Below, piece after piece: positions 1 through 14,606 of a stretch of DNA of 64,000 nt. This stretch comes from Proteromonas lacertae (taxonomy: Eukaryota). The translations under genes were made by a program, and so were the position numbers. The stretch's first letter is position 1. Each line of letters begins with the position of its first letter. The stretch is taken from positions 124,001-188,000 of the forward strand of contig NGBS01000294.1 in NCBI GenBank assembly GCA_002245135.1, given 5' to 3'. The notes below the pieces were generated by a model. That model did no database searches, was not told the origin of the DNA, and was given only the letters and a program-made list of their open reading frames with translations.

Positions 1-157
1 GGTATTAAGCAATATTTAGTAAGATGGAAAGGATATGGTAGTGATGAAGATACGTGGGAGCCTTTATCTGTATATTTATACCATTTTATATTATTTTCAG
101 CATTTTAATGACAAAAAACCTGTTGTTGAATTTGAAGCTCAGAAAAAGAAGAAATAA
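1..157 (+). CDS. C-terminal end of a chromodomain protein (5'-partial; intron 70-100)
   Basis: Frame 1 reads [23 protein letters not shown], the canonical chromodomain YLVKWKGY...TWEP motif. After a 31-nt GT-AG intron it continues [18 protein letters not shown]. Confidence 0.85.
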
Positions 158-420
158 TAAAGTTATAAATAACACAAATTTTGACTTATATTTGTTTTTG
201 GTAATTAATTAATTCAAAGAATATAAAATGAATGGCCATGAATTATCTCGAAAGGGACATTCTGAAAATAGTGAGAGATAGTCTAAATTTTCATTAAGAA
301 AGAATATTTTGATTATTAAAAAATAGTTTCGTTTTGAATTTTTTTGAATCAAACAAACAATCAAGTTTTTTATTTTTTTTGTAATGACTTTATTTGAATA
401 ATTATTATAAATATAAACCA

Positions 421-3400
421 ATGAATGCTTTTGTGAATGGACTAGCCTCTAGTGGTATTGATAATTCTTTTGATAACGATGAAGTATATTGATTTTGTTA
501 TTCTATAGGAGGAAGAAGATTGGGATAAAGAGTTTGGTATAAGTGATGAAAATTCCAGTATACCTAGCATTTAATATTTTTTAGGTGAAGTTAGCAAGTC
601 AATTCTTTATTTAAGAAATATAATGAATGCAGAATCTCCAATTCACAAAACTAAAAAAAGTCATAACTCATTTACCTCGAAACCACCTACTCTTTTATCT
701 AGAATTAGTGTATAAATCAAAATTATATATTATATTGCATTTAGAAGACAGATGAAATATGCAACCTTAATAAGACATCATATGTAAATGAAATATTTGA
801 TCATGCACAACATCATTACTTCTTTCCAAAATATGTATAAATTAATCTTGTATATATGTTTATATAGAATTCTGGTTTGAATCTAACAGAGTTAGCAAGT
901 ACAATAATACCTGACAGCACATTAGATATACAGAGTAGACTAAAAACATCGTTAATGGTTTTGTACAACCTTTGTGAAGTAGGTGAATATGAATTAGTAT
1001 TTAAGAACATGATAGAGTATTTAACAATGATCTTTTACCCAATGAAAATATCAGATAGTTACTTGCAGAAAGAGATATTCAATTTAAGTGAATATTTGTT
1101 AGAAATAATTAGAATCAGTTATGATGAATATATAAAAATTACAGACTTCAATAATATTCCTTTAAAGAGTTATATTGTCTCAGTATTCAAGATTTTGTAT
1201 CAAGCCTTACCAAACTATTACTATCCGTTGAGTTTGTATGAGATAAATTTTGCTGCACATTATAGTAATTGTTTTAAAGATATAATAATTCAAAAAGTAG
1301 AAGGTGAAGAAACAACAGAAGTAGATGGAGAAGTAGATATTCATGAAAATAGTAGTCTATGGCCATTTGTTGAGTTTGATGTTGATAAAAGTGATTTACA
1401 GTTAAAGAATGTATTAATTCCGTTGAGATATCATGAATTATATACAAAATTAACAGTGTCATCCTTTAAAACTCCTAAAAAACATAGTGAAAGGTCAACA
1501 GACAAATTTGAAAAAGAAAATGCACATAAAGAATTAATTGATAAGAAATTAGATATTAAATACCTTCAAGCAAGTATAAGATTATCGTTAAGTCTATATT
1601 ATTACAATTTATCACCCTTAAATCTCTGTTCTATATTTAATACTAATGGAAGCAGTGGGAATAATAATTATATTCCACCAGATAATAATTCATCATCTTA
1701 TTTAGGAAAATCCAAAAAGTTTGGTTCAGAAATATCCAGTAGCCAATCATTTAATAACTCATCATCTTCTCCCACATCTCCTAATAATAACAGCAATAAT
1801 AGTAATGATTTAAATTCATTTATAGACGAAGAGGATAATTTATCAGATTTGTATAAATTATTATATAAAATTGAAGATCCTATACTTCAAAGTAAAATAT
1901 CATTTATTATATTATATTCTGAATTTCATGAGAATAATAACATTTCATCTAATAGCAATAATAATATTAATAATGTGATAAATAACAAGCTGAACGATGT
2001 AATAGATAACTTAGAGAAAACTATATATGAAATTATACAAGTTCCACATTTGTTTGTAGTTTATGTATATATATATATATATATAATTTTATTATTATTA
2101 TTATTTAGGATTGTTCCCATTTATGTGATGTATTTCTTCGTCCAATTATTCAATATTATGCATTGATATTATCTCGAACAGATAGAATAAATGAATCAAT
2201 AAAGTGGTATGAAATAATATATAGAATTACAAAGAATAATGAAAAGAATGTTATAATGAATAATACTAAAACGTTGTTAGATATTTGTAGGAATATATTT
2301 GAACTAGCAAATAAGGTAAAGAATATAAAATTGTCCTACAAATATTGTAATGTATTAATAAATGATAAAAAGAAGTTATCAAAAGTAAGTGAGTTTGTAT
2401 TTTTAACTCAAACTATCTGTAAAGATTATATAAATATTGGTGCCTTTCAATTAGCATCCAATATCTTAGAAGATGGTATAAAATATTTAGAAGATTTATC
2501 ATCCACACCATCAACTACATCATTATTGTTATTGCATACAGATAATGAGAGTAATAATAATAATATCACTTTTAATGGATCAAATATTGTGAATAGTTTA
2601 AGTTTATCTGAAAGAATTGTAAGTAATAATAATAAAGATATTAAAAGTACAAGTACAAATTCAATATTATTGTTAAACTCAAACAGTAGTAATAACAACA
2701 CTATTAATAATAGTGTTACGAACAATTCTGGCTTATCAATAAAGATATTAAGTGCATCAAATACAAACACTTCTATAGCCAAAGAAAGTAAAAGAAAATC
2801 TGATAAAGTATACTCAATAGATACAGCTAATATAAATAATAACAATATCAATAATAGCGGTAATAGTAGTAGTTTAAAAATGGATAATTTATCATCATCA
2901 AGACATCGTAGAACTAATAGTAAAAATGGTTTTAATTTTAATGGATTAAAATCACCTAAAGTGTCAGATAATAGTAATAGTAATTCATCCTTATCATCAT
3001 CTATACATCATAGTAGAGCAGGTTCACAGGTTGAACGTCATATATCTCCATCAATATATATCTATGATTTATCATTACAGTTAGTCTATGTTTATCAATA
3101 TCTAGGGAGATATGAAGATAGTTTGAATTTGATAAATAAAATAAAATCAATAAAACATAATTCCAGTAAAGATAGGATAATTGATTTGTTAACATTAAGA
3201 GCTAGTTTGAAGTTAAATAAATACGAATTGGTTGATCAAATAATGGAAAAGAATAAAACAATCAAAGAATCAGCAATTCTACAGTTATCTAGAAATTTGT
3301 TCAGTAACAATGATTATTGTGATGAAATAGAAGCTGTTCAGTTATTAAGTGAATATTTTTTCTATAAATCAAGTTACAAAAGAGCTTTAGAGACAATAGA

Positions 3401-6400
3401 GAATAATTATAAAGAGAATAAAAGTCCAATACAAATATATTATTATTATTTAAACTTAGCAAATGTATTTATATTTAATTATCTATATATATAGTATTAT
3501 TACCAATATTTACAGACAATTCCATTTACAGATAAAACCCAATATAATGACATATACAATCGATCAATTGAGTGTTGTGAATCATCAATAAAACAATCTA
3601 AGGTTTTGAATAATTTTCATACATGTAGAAGTGAAAGGATCAAGCTGTCAATTCAAATAGAAAGGATATTTAATGAATATATTATTACAGAAAGTGAAGG
3701 TGAAAGTGAATATAAGAGAATGAATAAGAAAGAAATTAAAGAAATTCATAAGGCAGTTGAAATCATTAATGAAGAAAAGTGATGATTTTAATGATATAAA
3801 GGAGTTGTTGATGTTGTTATTGTTGAAATTGAAACTATCTATTATTGAAGTATTTATAATATATATTATAAATGAATAGAAGAACTCGTCTGCTTCCTTA
3901 TGTTATGTAAACGAAGTTTATAAATATCTTCGAATTATATATTTAAAAGGAATAATTCAATGTCGATCAATTGATCTTCCCAATAATATATTCGTTATTG
4001 GAATACCGTTAAACTATTATGATGCTAAATATCATTATAATTTGTTACATAAATTCATAGTTAGTATAATGATATATATTTATAAACTTAATGATAATAA
4101 CCATAATAATAACAGAAATATTGATAATATGGAAAAGATATTGTATTCTTTATATTACAGTGAGTGTATATATCTAAATGAAATGAATAAATCATTCCAA
4201 CAACAACATCATCAAGAAATTCAGTTTAATAAATTACACATTAATCAACAGCAGCAACAGCAGCAACAGCAGCAGCAGCAACAACAACAACAGATTTTAC
4301 CAGAACATATGATAATGAATAGTGATGTGATGTTATTATTTGAGAATAGCAACTTTTTTAGAATATCTTATTATAATCCTTCTCGTTTATATTTATCATT
4401 AAATCAAAAACTATCAATATCTGTATATTATTAATTATCCTTATTTAAATAATAGAAAAGTACATCCATTACAGATACTCTTTGTTCATTAGGTAATAAT
4501 GCAACTGATAATATCAATATAAATGTGGTGAAGAAACATCATAAGAAATCCTTAAGCACAATGTATTTATATAATTAATTATACGATTATAAACCAAATA
4601 GAACTACTTCTTCCAATGGAACATTTGATAATAAACAAGGCATTAACCAATCGTTATCATCATCATTACCAACAAATACATTTAACCCAATCAGCAACAA
4701 CAATGAAACATCCTACCAACAAATATCTATACTCTCATTTTATAATAACAAAACCAAATCATTTACAAATAGTGAAATTAATCAAGAAAACTTGAAAGAA
4801 TCCATGAAAGAATGTGCAGTTGAGTTATATAGAAATACTCCAAATTATAAAGATATAAATGATTATAAACTAATATCCAATATATCATCATCATCTTCTT
4901 CTTCTTCTTCTTCTACATCCCATAGTTGCAATAGTGATAGTAATATACTTCATGAATCAGTTTCTTTCTGTGAATTTATTAAAGTGATTGATTGTAATTC
5001 ATTTCTATTATTCTTTGTAAATCCTTTTGAAGAGATGGTAAAAGTAAGTAAAGAAGATATAGAGAATAAACCAATAGAGTTTTATGTCAGAATATTGAAA
5101 TTTGAAAGGAAGTTTGATTTAACCAAAACATTCTACAAATCATTCTACGATTATGGAATAACAGTATATTTATAAAGTTTATATATATGTATTTAAAATA
5201 GTTTATATATAATCATTTTAAACAAATACTTGTAGATATAACCACCTCCATTATCAATGAAAAGCCAATCGTATTATTATCAAGTCATGTAGATTTATTG
5301 ATTATAATATCATATACACTAATATATTTATTATTACCTTACAAATATAATAATATATTCATTCCATTTTTGTCAATTGGTATATAATATTATACATATA
5401 TATTCTTCTAATTATTCTATAAATAGATTGTATTTCATCATTCAAACTCTTGTTCGAGTTAGGAATTGGTTCAATAATAGGAATGCACCCCCAAAGTTTT
5501 AAACAGTTATGTCGTTATTACAATAATACTAACGATGTAGAAGAAGAATCAACTGCAGAACCAATACCATCTTCATCATTATCTTCACCAAGATCTCCCA
5601 GACCACTAAAACCAACCAAACCACCCAAACCACCAGCTGAAGTAACAACAACATCATCATCATCAACAACAACAGCTAATGCTAATACTACTACAGAACT
5701 ACCATCTATTTCGACAACAACATCATCAACATCAGCAACAACACAATCATTGGACAATGATAATGAATCGTTTATCTTGAAAGAATTGCCAAATGAATTA
5801 GATCATTTGACAATATTAAATTTAGATAATTTCTCATTTCATATTTGGAATAAACCAAATGAAAAAATGTTTAAAAAATCTGCAATAATCAATGAAAAAT
5901 ATAAAGAAGAATTTGAAAAAGAAGAAAATGAGTTAGGGAAATTAAAATACATAAATACACCAGTAAAACTACCACAATATTATAAAATATTAATAAAGAG
6001 TAGTCCAAATGAAGAATTCTTTAAAGAGAATATAAAATTATTGATAAAAAACAGTATAAAGTATAGTATAGTAATCTATGAAAATCAAAACAATATCAAT
6101 AATGAGCTAATTATATTTAAAGATAATATTTCAATATATAATCTTATTAATTCTTCCCAATATTCCAATACACTTCAAAAGAAATTACACTCGTTGAACA
6201 TATTAAAAGATAAAGAAACTGGAAGTGGTGATGATGAAGATAATGATTATGATAAAAGGGATCTGGATATAATTTATTTGAAGAATTTAATTAGAGATAT
6301 TCATAAGTTAGAATGTGACTATAATCTAGTAGATCAATTTTACATTAGATTAGATGCAAAACATCATTTATTAACAATATTTGATAGTTCAGTATATATA

Positions 6401-6711
6401 TATATATATATATTATTCTATATTAAATAGTTCAAATATCGAAAATTAAGTTTTGAATATAATAAAATCAAATATAGTTGGAGTAATAAGAATGAATGGA
6501 AGAGTGAAATAGTGTTAAATAATAATAGTCAATTTCATTGTGATTATTTACCTAATGAGAATCAATGTATTACTTCTATAGTGATTATATATTGTTTATA
6601 GATAATTTAAGAATAATTAATGGAGAAGATGAAGTGGAAATTTCCTTCATTTCCAGTGAAATACTTCAACAATGGTTTCAGTTGTTTGAAATGTGTTTAA
6701 TACATTCTTAA
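421..6711 (+). CDS. Large multi-exon protein: acidic N-terminal EEDWDKEF motif, TPR-like helical repeats, N/S/Q-rich linkers, possible C-terminal PH-like domain
   Basis: ORFs 877-2166, 2163-3494, 4042-4434, 4792-5175 and 5450-6430 are joined by short GT-AG introns. TPR-like segments include LVYVYQYLGRYEDSLNLI. The last exon ends ...ISSEILQQWFQLFEMCLIHS* (PH-like terminal helix with W). One +1 frameshift near 3778. The exact exon structure is approximate. Confidence 0.6.
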
Positions 6712-6893
6712 TAATAATATTTTTCTTGACAATTTGGTAATTACAATAGAATTAATAATTCATCCCTCAAAAAAACATATTTCTATTAAACTATTCATAT
6801 AAATATAATCATTTGAGAACTCTGTTTATATTAATAAATTTAATTAATAATATGCTGTTCTAATGAAGAATTTTCAAATGGATGTAAAACTAA

Positions 6894-8389
6894 TCAAAAT
6901 GAGTATTGAAATCTTAATTTACTAATAGGTGTATTCAAGTTTGTATTGATTTTCTCAACGTTATTGTTATTATCACACTTCGATTTTGAATTATCTTGTA
7001 CTTTTTGTGGGTTATATTGTCTTGGTAGAAGTTGGACAGTATTTGGTGTATCAGCTAAATTCAACTGAAGTGATGAAATAGAAGATGTATTAAAATTACA
7101 ACTCTTCACTCTAGAATTCTTCATATTTCTATTATTCAACAAAACTACTTTATTATCTGGTTGATTGTTGATTTTCTTATTGCATGAATAATAACACATT
7201 GTCTTCACCTTTGATCTAAAGCAATTTCTTTTACAAGAGTTTGTACTACTTCTATTTCTTAATCCATACCCTTTATCACTTCTCAACTCTAATATTAAAT
7301 CATTAATACTGTTAATGGATGGATACAACAAGTAATAATCGTAATAATATTGTGGCGGTTCATTTGAAAAAACGATCCGTTTCACTTTTGATAAACATGC
7401 TTCTTTTGGCATTACTGGAGGCTTTGACGGTTTTAATTTCACATTAGTGTTGCTACTGCAATATTGGATTTTATCAGGTGAATTACTATTAGTAGTTATA
7501 ACAAACGAATTCTTTGCTGTAGATGGGTTTGAATTCAAAGGTGAAAGAGGAGGAGGAGATGGTAATTGTGTTGCAATTAATTTATTACACATAAATGAAT
7601 TATTACCATCACATTTCACAAAATTTGATTTAATCATACTATAATAATGATCTATTCTTTTGGTTATATTATTAAACGACGAATTACCTAAAGTAAGATC
7701 TACAATCACATTTCTAACACCAAAAATAAGAGATTGAAAACCTAAACAGCTAATAAGCCAAGGAATGAATAGCTTTATAGAATAAGCATCACATTCATTC
7801 AAGTATATTCTATTATGAGCATTGTCTTTGAAATCGAACACATTGATATACTGTCTATCAAAAACATCTAACACTCTATCTATCTGCTCTTCATTTATCA
7901 TTATGTTGCTATTGATATTCATCATTGTGAGTAAATATGATATAATCTGATTAAAATTGCAGAAGAGAAGAATGACAAATGATTCAAAATATACATCATA
8001 ATACACTTCCTCTTCTTTAAATATCTTCTTGATTAACGCATAGTAGAGTGTATCAAATTCACTAAGTAGATCAGTCAACAATATGTAATTTTGTGTTTTC
8101 TTTTTACTCCATAGATTAAGGTAGCTTTCTAATATCAAGTTCACTTCATAGTTGTTCACTATTACAAAATATATTATTCTTATATCTATACGATAGAAGG
8201 TTTGACATACCAATCGCATTCTCTTAGTTAAGATCATTATAGGTTTCATCCCTGACTTTGTTATTCTGCTCTGACTTAGTTCAAATGCGTCACTCTAACA
8301 AATTAGATGATTAACAGCAATACTAAATAAGTTGCAGTGAATTCTTGAACATCGACATCATCCGGAATAACTTGGTTTCTATATGACAT
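6894..8389 (-). CDS. Divergent member of the adjacent EF-hand-like protein family
   Basis: ATG 8389, then a 29-nt intron, then ORF 6894-8249. Shares the phase-1 FY|LN intron (8159-8191) and the C-x(~12)-P-x-x-Y-x-Y-D-Y-type motif (ACLSK...EPPQYYYDY) with the three + strand paralogs. Confidence 0.6.
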
Positions 8390-8904
8390 TAATGGGATAG
8401 AGTTTCAAATATAAAATTCTTCTGGTGATAAACTACAAATTAAATTATAAAAACAATTCCTAAAATATTTGGCTTGAGAATTTTTAAATTTTTAAACTGT
8501 TATTTCAAATTGTTTCTATTCAATATTTGAAAATTTAAATAAATTGAATGGATATATTATGCTGTAATGAGAAGGTTTTATTCATAATAATAGTTTGAAT
8601 ATTCAGTTACACAAAGGTAACAAACATTAAAATATGGATTAGTTATAAGGAAGAGAAGAAAAGAAAAGAAAATGTAATACAATTCAAATATGTTTCCATC
8701 AATCTCAATTTTTGATATAGTAGAAATATACATAATGAATAATTAAATGAACCTGGTAAAACTTAATTTTATATATTGATGTTATAAAGATTTTATTTTT
8801 TGTCATTTTGAAACTGAAAATCATGTTTGGCTTGGCGATTTCAAAATAACGAAATTTTCATACACCATATTTTAGAAATTGAATTTTGAAGATATTCGGT
8901 GTAA

Positions 8905-10493
8905 ATGGACAAAAGCAAGAACAAAAGTATAGAATACGATGTAAATGGATTGAATGAAACTTCTATCCAGTGGGCAAAATATTATTACTGTATCGTCACT
9001 AATTTTAATTCCGTAGTGAATAATAGAGAAGTAAAAAAATTCCAAAAAATTTACGATTATATCATACTTTGTCACAAAGACAATACACCGATTACAGCGA
9101 ATGATTTGTCAGTTTTTCTTCATACACGTCCTTTTCCCCTATATCGTCATATAGTTACGTTAAATGATGAGGGAGGTGCTGATTGGAACACTTTCTTCCA
9201 GTTATCTCTTCTCTTTTCATTTGCACCTTCTGTAGCTATCTTTTATTTCTTAGTTTGTACTACACCAGATTACAATGGAAAGATTACAATTGTATATACA
9301 ATTTATATTTTATGTTATTAGTCCAATATATTATATTTATTGACATTAATCAAAAACCGAAGTGGTGGTGAAGAAATCGTCACTTCACTATTTAAATTAT
9401 ATGATAAGTATATTAATAACACTCTCTATCTATCTTTATAGAAATAAAACAGGAACAATAACTTCAAGTCAATTTTTCCAATTAGTTACAAAGCATTTAG
9501 AAATATGGACTAACCATCTTCAGAACACGAGAGAACTTATTAAAGAGATTATTATCAATAAATGAAGTAATAACAGTATTAGAAAGGAAGAGAAATATCA
9601 CAAACATTAAGAATTATCAATCAAAACATTGTAATAAACTACCTCCTCGAAGTTGCTTAGATTATATAAGTGATATATTACATAATAAAGTAAGCCCATA
9701 TTCTTATGATTATAATGATGTTGATGATTCTATTTCCTTAAGTAGTTTAATAGTATCTTTAATAAAGAAATATAATACGAATTATAAAATATCAGAGGAT
9801 GAAAGGATAAATCTATTTAATGTAAAATACTTCAAGTTTAAGAACAAGCAGTTGTTTCCAATACCTTCTTTATTACCAATTGATAATTTTTATAGTTTAT
9901 ATCCAGAGTTTCAGAAGAGATTATCGTTGAGGAAGAATAAATCAGGTAAATCTGTGAGTTATAAGAATGTATTACATAGTAATAGTCATCGACACAAAAG
10001 TCCAAGTATTCATCCAGATAAACTACGATCTTCTGTAAGTGCAGCTGTTGTTGGATATGGAAATAATTTTATGAAACAAATAGAAAATTCTCAGAATTAT
10101 CCTGTCAAGCCAAGCTTGAGTCAACCACATTTTTGTTCTACACATCCTTCTAGAGCTCCAAGCATGACTGAGAATAAACCAAATACAAGACAAAGTTGTA
10201 AAGATTTAACGAGCCTTCATCCTTGTGGGGTTAGCTTTAGTCCTGTTTTGAAATGTGAAATACATCAATTCAAAAACGGTGCAAACAGACCTGTTGCTAG
10301 ATCTTGTGGATTTAATAGTGATTATTCACCTTCAATACAGAAGAAGTTGTTGAATTTACCAAATTCAACTTTAGTACATCAAGGAAGTATTAATACACAA
10401 CTTATAAATCAAGGTGATAAAAATGATGGTTTTAGTTGTGTAGAAGAAACTGTAGAAAGTGATGAAGTGGGAGAAGTGAAAGAAAAGGAATAA
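8905..10493 (+). CDS. EF-hand-like protein, paralog 1 (multi-exon, low-complexity tail)
   Basis: N-terminus DVNGLNETSIQWAKYYY|LNNREV, degenerate EF-hand loop RNKTGTITSSQF, and SCL...PYSYDY motif. Intron 8990-9016; +1 frameshift near 9560. Confidence 0.7.
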
Positions 10494-10691
10494 TTGAATT
10501 ATAAATATACGTAAAAGTATAGTCACAATTTAAAGTTTAATTTACACATCTTATTCTGTTATCATGTTTGTTTTATTTTTTTAAGGTATTGAAACGGATA
10601 GTTTTGTAACAGAAGTTAAATTATATTCTTCTATTTTTCTAGATGTTGTTATTATCTGGAGCATTAATCATTTAATATATAAAACAACAAC

Positions 10692-12569
10692 ATGATTAAA
10701 ATAGAATTATTCGATCCTAACGACCTAAATCCGTCATCTGAGTTATTTGCCCAATACTTCTACTGTACCATATTATTATGTTATTTTCTATAGTAAATCA
10801 CAAGGAAGTGAAATACATTCATAAGATTTTCAAGAAAATACAAAAGTATAACTACATTATATTGTTTAGAGATAAATCAATGGATCCTATATCTGTAGAT
10901 CAGTTTCTTCAATTTTTTCGTCTACAAAAAATCCCTTTGTATGATTATTTATTCTCAATATCAAGTATAATACCAAATACTTTATTTTACATTACATATA
11001 TATAGTAAATGGTAAATTGAATTGGAATCAATTCTTTCAGTTTTGTATAGTTTTGAGTTTATCACCTATGATTGCTATATTTTACTGTATAAATCAATAA
11101 TCACTTATTCTTTTCTAATAGTTGTGGTGATAGTTATGCCTACAAACACTGGTCTTATATCCTTAGAAGATATACTATTACTCTGTCAAATGACTGGAAG
11201 AAATCAACTTGCATTTCAGATTGTTACAACTCAATTTGAGACTTTAGATATCAATCATGATGGATTTTTAACTATATCCCAATTTTGTCATTTTATAGCC
11301 GTTACAATCAATATATGGGAACCTTTATACAGATTAAGATTTTCGTTAATTACCAAATTATTTCCATCAAAAGATTATTATGAGAGAATATTCGAAAGAA
11401 GACTGAATATTAATGAAATTAAAGAATATCAACAATCACATAAGGGTAGGTATAAAAAATTATCATGTATAAAATATATGACATTATTATTCAAGAATCA
11501 ACCGCATCCTGATCATTATGATTATGAACCAAGTGGAAATGAAGTAAATAAATATAACTTTGCTACAAGAAGTATGAAATTAATGGATACAAATATGCTA
11601 AGTGGTGTTAATAGTAATTATAATAATAAAAATAAAAGGAGTAATTCAGCTGTAGTAGTACCAGAAAATAATAAAAACATAAATAATGTAAATAGCAATT
11701 TCAATAATAATAATTTAAAAGTATCACTTACATTAGAATCATTAATTGGTTTTTATATATGTAAATATAAATCGATGAATAGTCAGAAAAAAAACAACAA
11801 CAATAATAGTACAATGGTAATACCAATGAATGAATCATGTAGTGAAGCAAATGAATCAAATAGAGAAAGTGCAGCTACAAACACAGCTAATGCCTCTCCA
11901 CAGTTAAAACCATGTCAAAGACCATCGCAGCAGATACAAATACTCACTCCAGTTCATCGATATAACCAACAACAACAACAACAACAACAACAATTACATA
12001 ACAATAATAATCAACATAAATCACATTTTAAATTGAAATATTTGAGGTTGAAATATCCCTATAAAGTGATAAATACAATTGATCATTATTATGATCTTAA
12101 TTATAAACAAATGTATAATAAAAGGAAGAAAACGAATGATAATAACAACCAATTGAATGGTGAAGCATTTTCATCACGATTGAGTGGTTTAAATAATACA
12201 GAATCATTCAAATCAGAGGATTCTCAATGTTTTGTATTTAATAGTAATAATAATAATCGTAAGAATCGACCATCTAGTTCAATATTAAAAGCTAATCGAT
12301 TTACTAAAACTTCAAGTACATTGAGTGAGAATCAGAGTTATTTTGGTGGTAATTTTAATACTACAACTAATAATAATAATCCAGTGTCACCAAGTAATGT
12401 ATATAGTGGTAGGATGAATAATGTATCAGCACAAACGAAGGTAATTTTACCAAATTCATTTCTTGAATCACCTTCTCATGCTAAAATGTATAAATCTAAG
12501 CAGAAAAATTGTCAAATGGATTTTAATGTTATGACCGAATCTGAGTCTAATGTAGATAAAGACAAGTAA
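10692..12569 (+). CDS. EF-hand protein, paralog 2
   Basis: ATG 10692 (MIKIELFDPNDLNPSSELFAQYFY|LNHKEV). Canonical EF-hand loop DINHDGFLTISQF and motif KKLSC...HPDHYDY. Intron 10765-10793; N/Q-rich tail. Confidence 0.75.
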
Positions 12570-12793
12570 TTAGTATTTATTCAAAATTAATTTATATTTA
12601 TATCATATGTACATATGATTTATATGAATATGTTTGTTTATAATAATGAAATCGCAAATAGTTACTTTGAATGAGATTATTCACAATTTTAAAACAAATT
12701 TCAAAATATTCATCCGTTTTTTCATTTATAAAATTTTTTGTTTAATCCATAGTAGAAAATATTGTTAGATAATTATATCACATCGCACACACA

Positions 12794-14456
12794 ATGTCAA
12801 CAAATCAGTTAGATGAAAATGGCCTTGACGACTCATCTGTTATGTTTTCTCAGTTTTTCTATCGTATAATGCTTATAATTAAAATATAAATAGTCAATAA
12901 ATCTGAAATAAAACAAATATTTAATTCCTTCTCAGCTATAACCAAGTATTATCAAAATCATTCATATATTTATTAGTTGTAAACCTGATCAATCTATTGA
13001 TTATATACAATTTATTACATATTTTAAATTGGAAGAGTTACCTCTCTACGATCATCTATTTTCTGCTTTCCGTATATTTATATGTTTTAATCGTTATTTA
13101 TGTATAGCTAATAAGAAAGCAGATTGGAATAGCTATTTTAAGTTCGTTTTATTTTGGAGTTTAATTCCAATGGTTGTAGAAATCGGAGCACTAATGCATT
13201 CCTTTCCAGATAATAACGGATGTATTTCTTTAAATGATATAGAATATTTATGTGGATTATTAAAACGAAATAAATGTGCAATTTATGATATTAGAGATAC
13301 ATTTCTCTATTTAGATATAAACAAAGATGGTTTATTGACCTATCCACAATTCTGTGAATTAATATTACAGACAAAAGATGTATATGAGCCTATATATCGT
13401 CTTAAAATCTCACTTTTATACAACATTTTCACCAACAAAATCCATTCAGAGAATAAATATAGAAAGTTATACAAACGAATATTAAACAGAAAATTGCATA
13501 TAAAAGAAATTAAAGAATATCAACGTAATCATGATAATAAATATAAGCCATTATCATGTGTAAAGACATTATTTTCATTTCTGAAAGGATATTCTCATCC
13601 AGATACTTATGATTATGAACCTGAGGATAATAATAACAACATATACAATAAATATACTGAGAATAATATTGCATATAGTGAATCAATTATAAATAATAAT
13701 AATAATAATAATTCATCTTTTAATGTTTCAAAGACTTTGCATTTTAGAAGTGAAAAAGTAAGTCCAGTCAAAATATCAACTAATATAAGCACTTTGAAGA
13801 AAAGTGAAACTGCTAATGATAGTAGTGGTTATTATTCTAGATTAGAGAAGAATAAATCAAGTGGAATAATGATATTAAACAGTCATAAAAGCAGTAATTG
13901 TAATAATCTAAAACTACAGATTAATAATTTGATAATATATTTCATTAAAAAGTATAAAAAGAATATCAAAATTAACACTGAAAGATGTGAAATTAAATAT
14001 CTAAAAATGAATTATTATTATGATATAATAAATGAAATAGACAATTTTTATATAGAAATAAATCGTAAAGAAAAGAGTGAAAGGAATATTTTAAATGTCT
14101 CAATGTCAAGATTAACACCTTCATCAACATTTATTATTAACACTACTAATACCAATAATAACAACAATACTATTCATAATACAAGTATAATAATGGAAGA
14201 TTCAGTTAATGATAAGAGTATTAATAATAATTTAGTTGTACCAAGAACACCACCCATACTGAAACACTCTAAATTTGATTTTAATGAGAATGATTTTAAT
14301 GATGAAAAACATAAAGAGAGTGGGATAAAAGAAGGTAAAATAGAGAATAATAGAGAAGAGATGAATAAAGAGGAGAATGATGATTTAAAAACTAAAAAAT
14401 CAAGGGAAATTATTTTACCACCAATAAAACTGAAATGTAATTTAAATCCAAAATGA
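12794..14456 (+). CDS. EF-hand protein, paralog 3
   Basis: ATG 12794 (MSTNQLDENGLDDSSVMFSQFFY|LNKSEI). EF-hand loop DINKDGLLTYPQF and motif KPLSC...HPDTYDY. Intron 12864-12893. Confidence 0.75.
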
Positions 14457-14606
14457 ACGTATATTATACATTATATTCATTTATTAATTATTTTTTATAA
14501 TTTTAATTCAAAAAACAAATTTATATTGATTAACAAAAGTATAAGTGTTAATCAATTTAATAAAGAATTTCAATAATAAGAATGAAATGAATGTAATACA
14601 ATATCA

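Noticed and set aside
4245..4295. CAG/CAA and other trinucleotide runs (also 11965, 42670) as CRISPR or functional repeats
   Set aside because: They encode poly-Q/H/N/D tracts and have no repeat-spacer structure.
2447..5757. Antisense hydrophobic ORFs (2447-2851, 5518-5757; similarly 19014-19559, 42600-42977)
   Set aside because: Shadow frames of low-complexity N/S/T/H-rich coding sequence on the opposite strand.
352..8626. Minus-strand TGTTTGTT matches at 352-359 and 8619-8626
   Set aside because: Neither follows the 3' end of a supported minus-strand gene; probably chance matches in AT-rich DNA.
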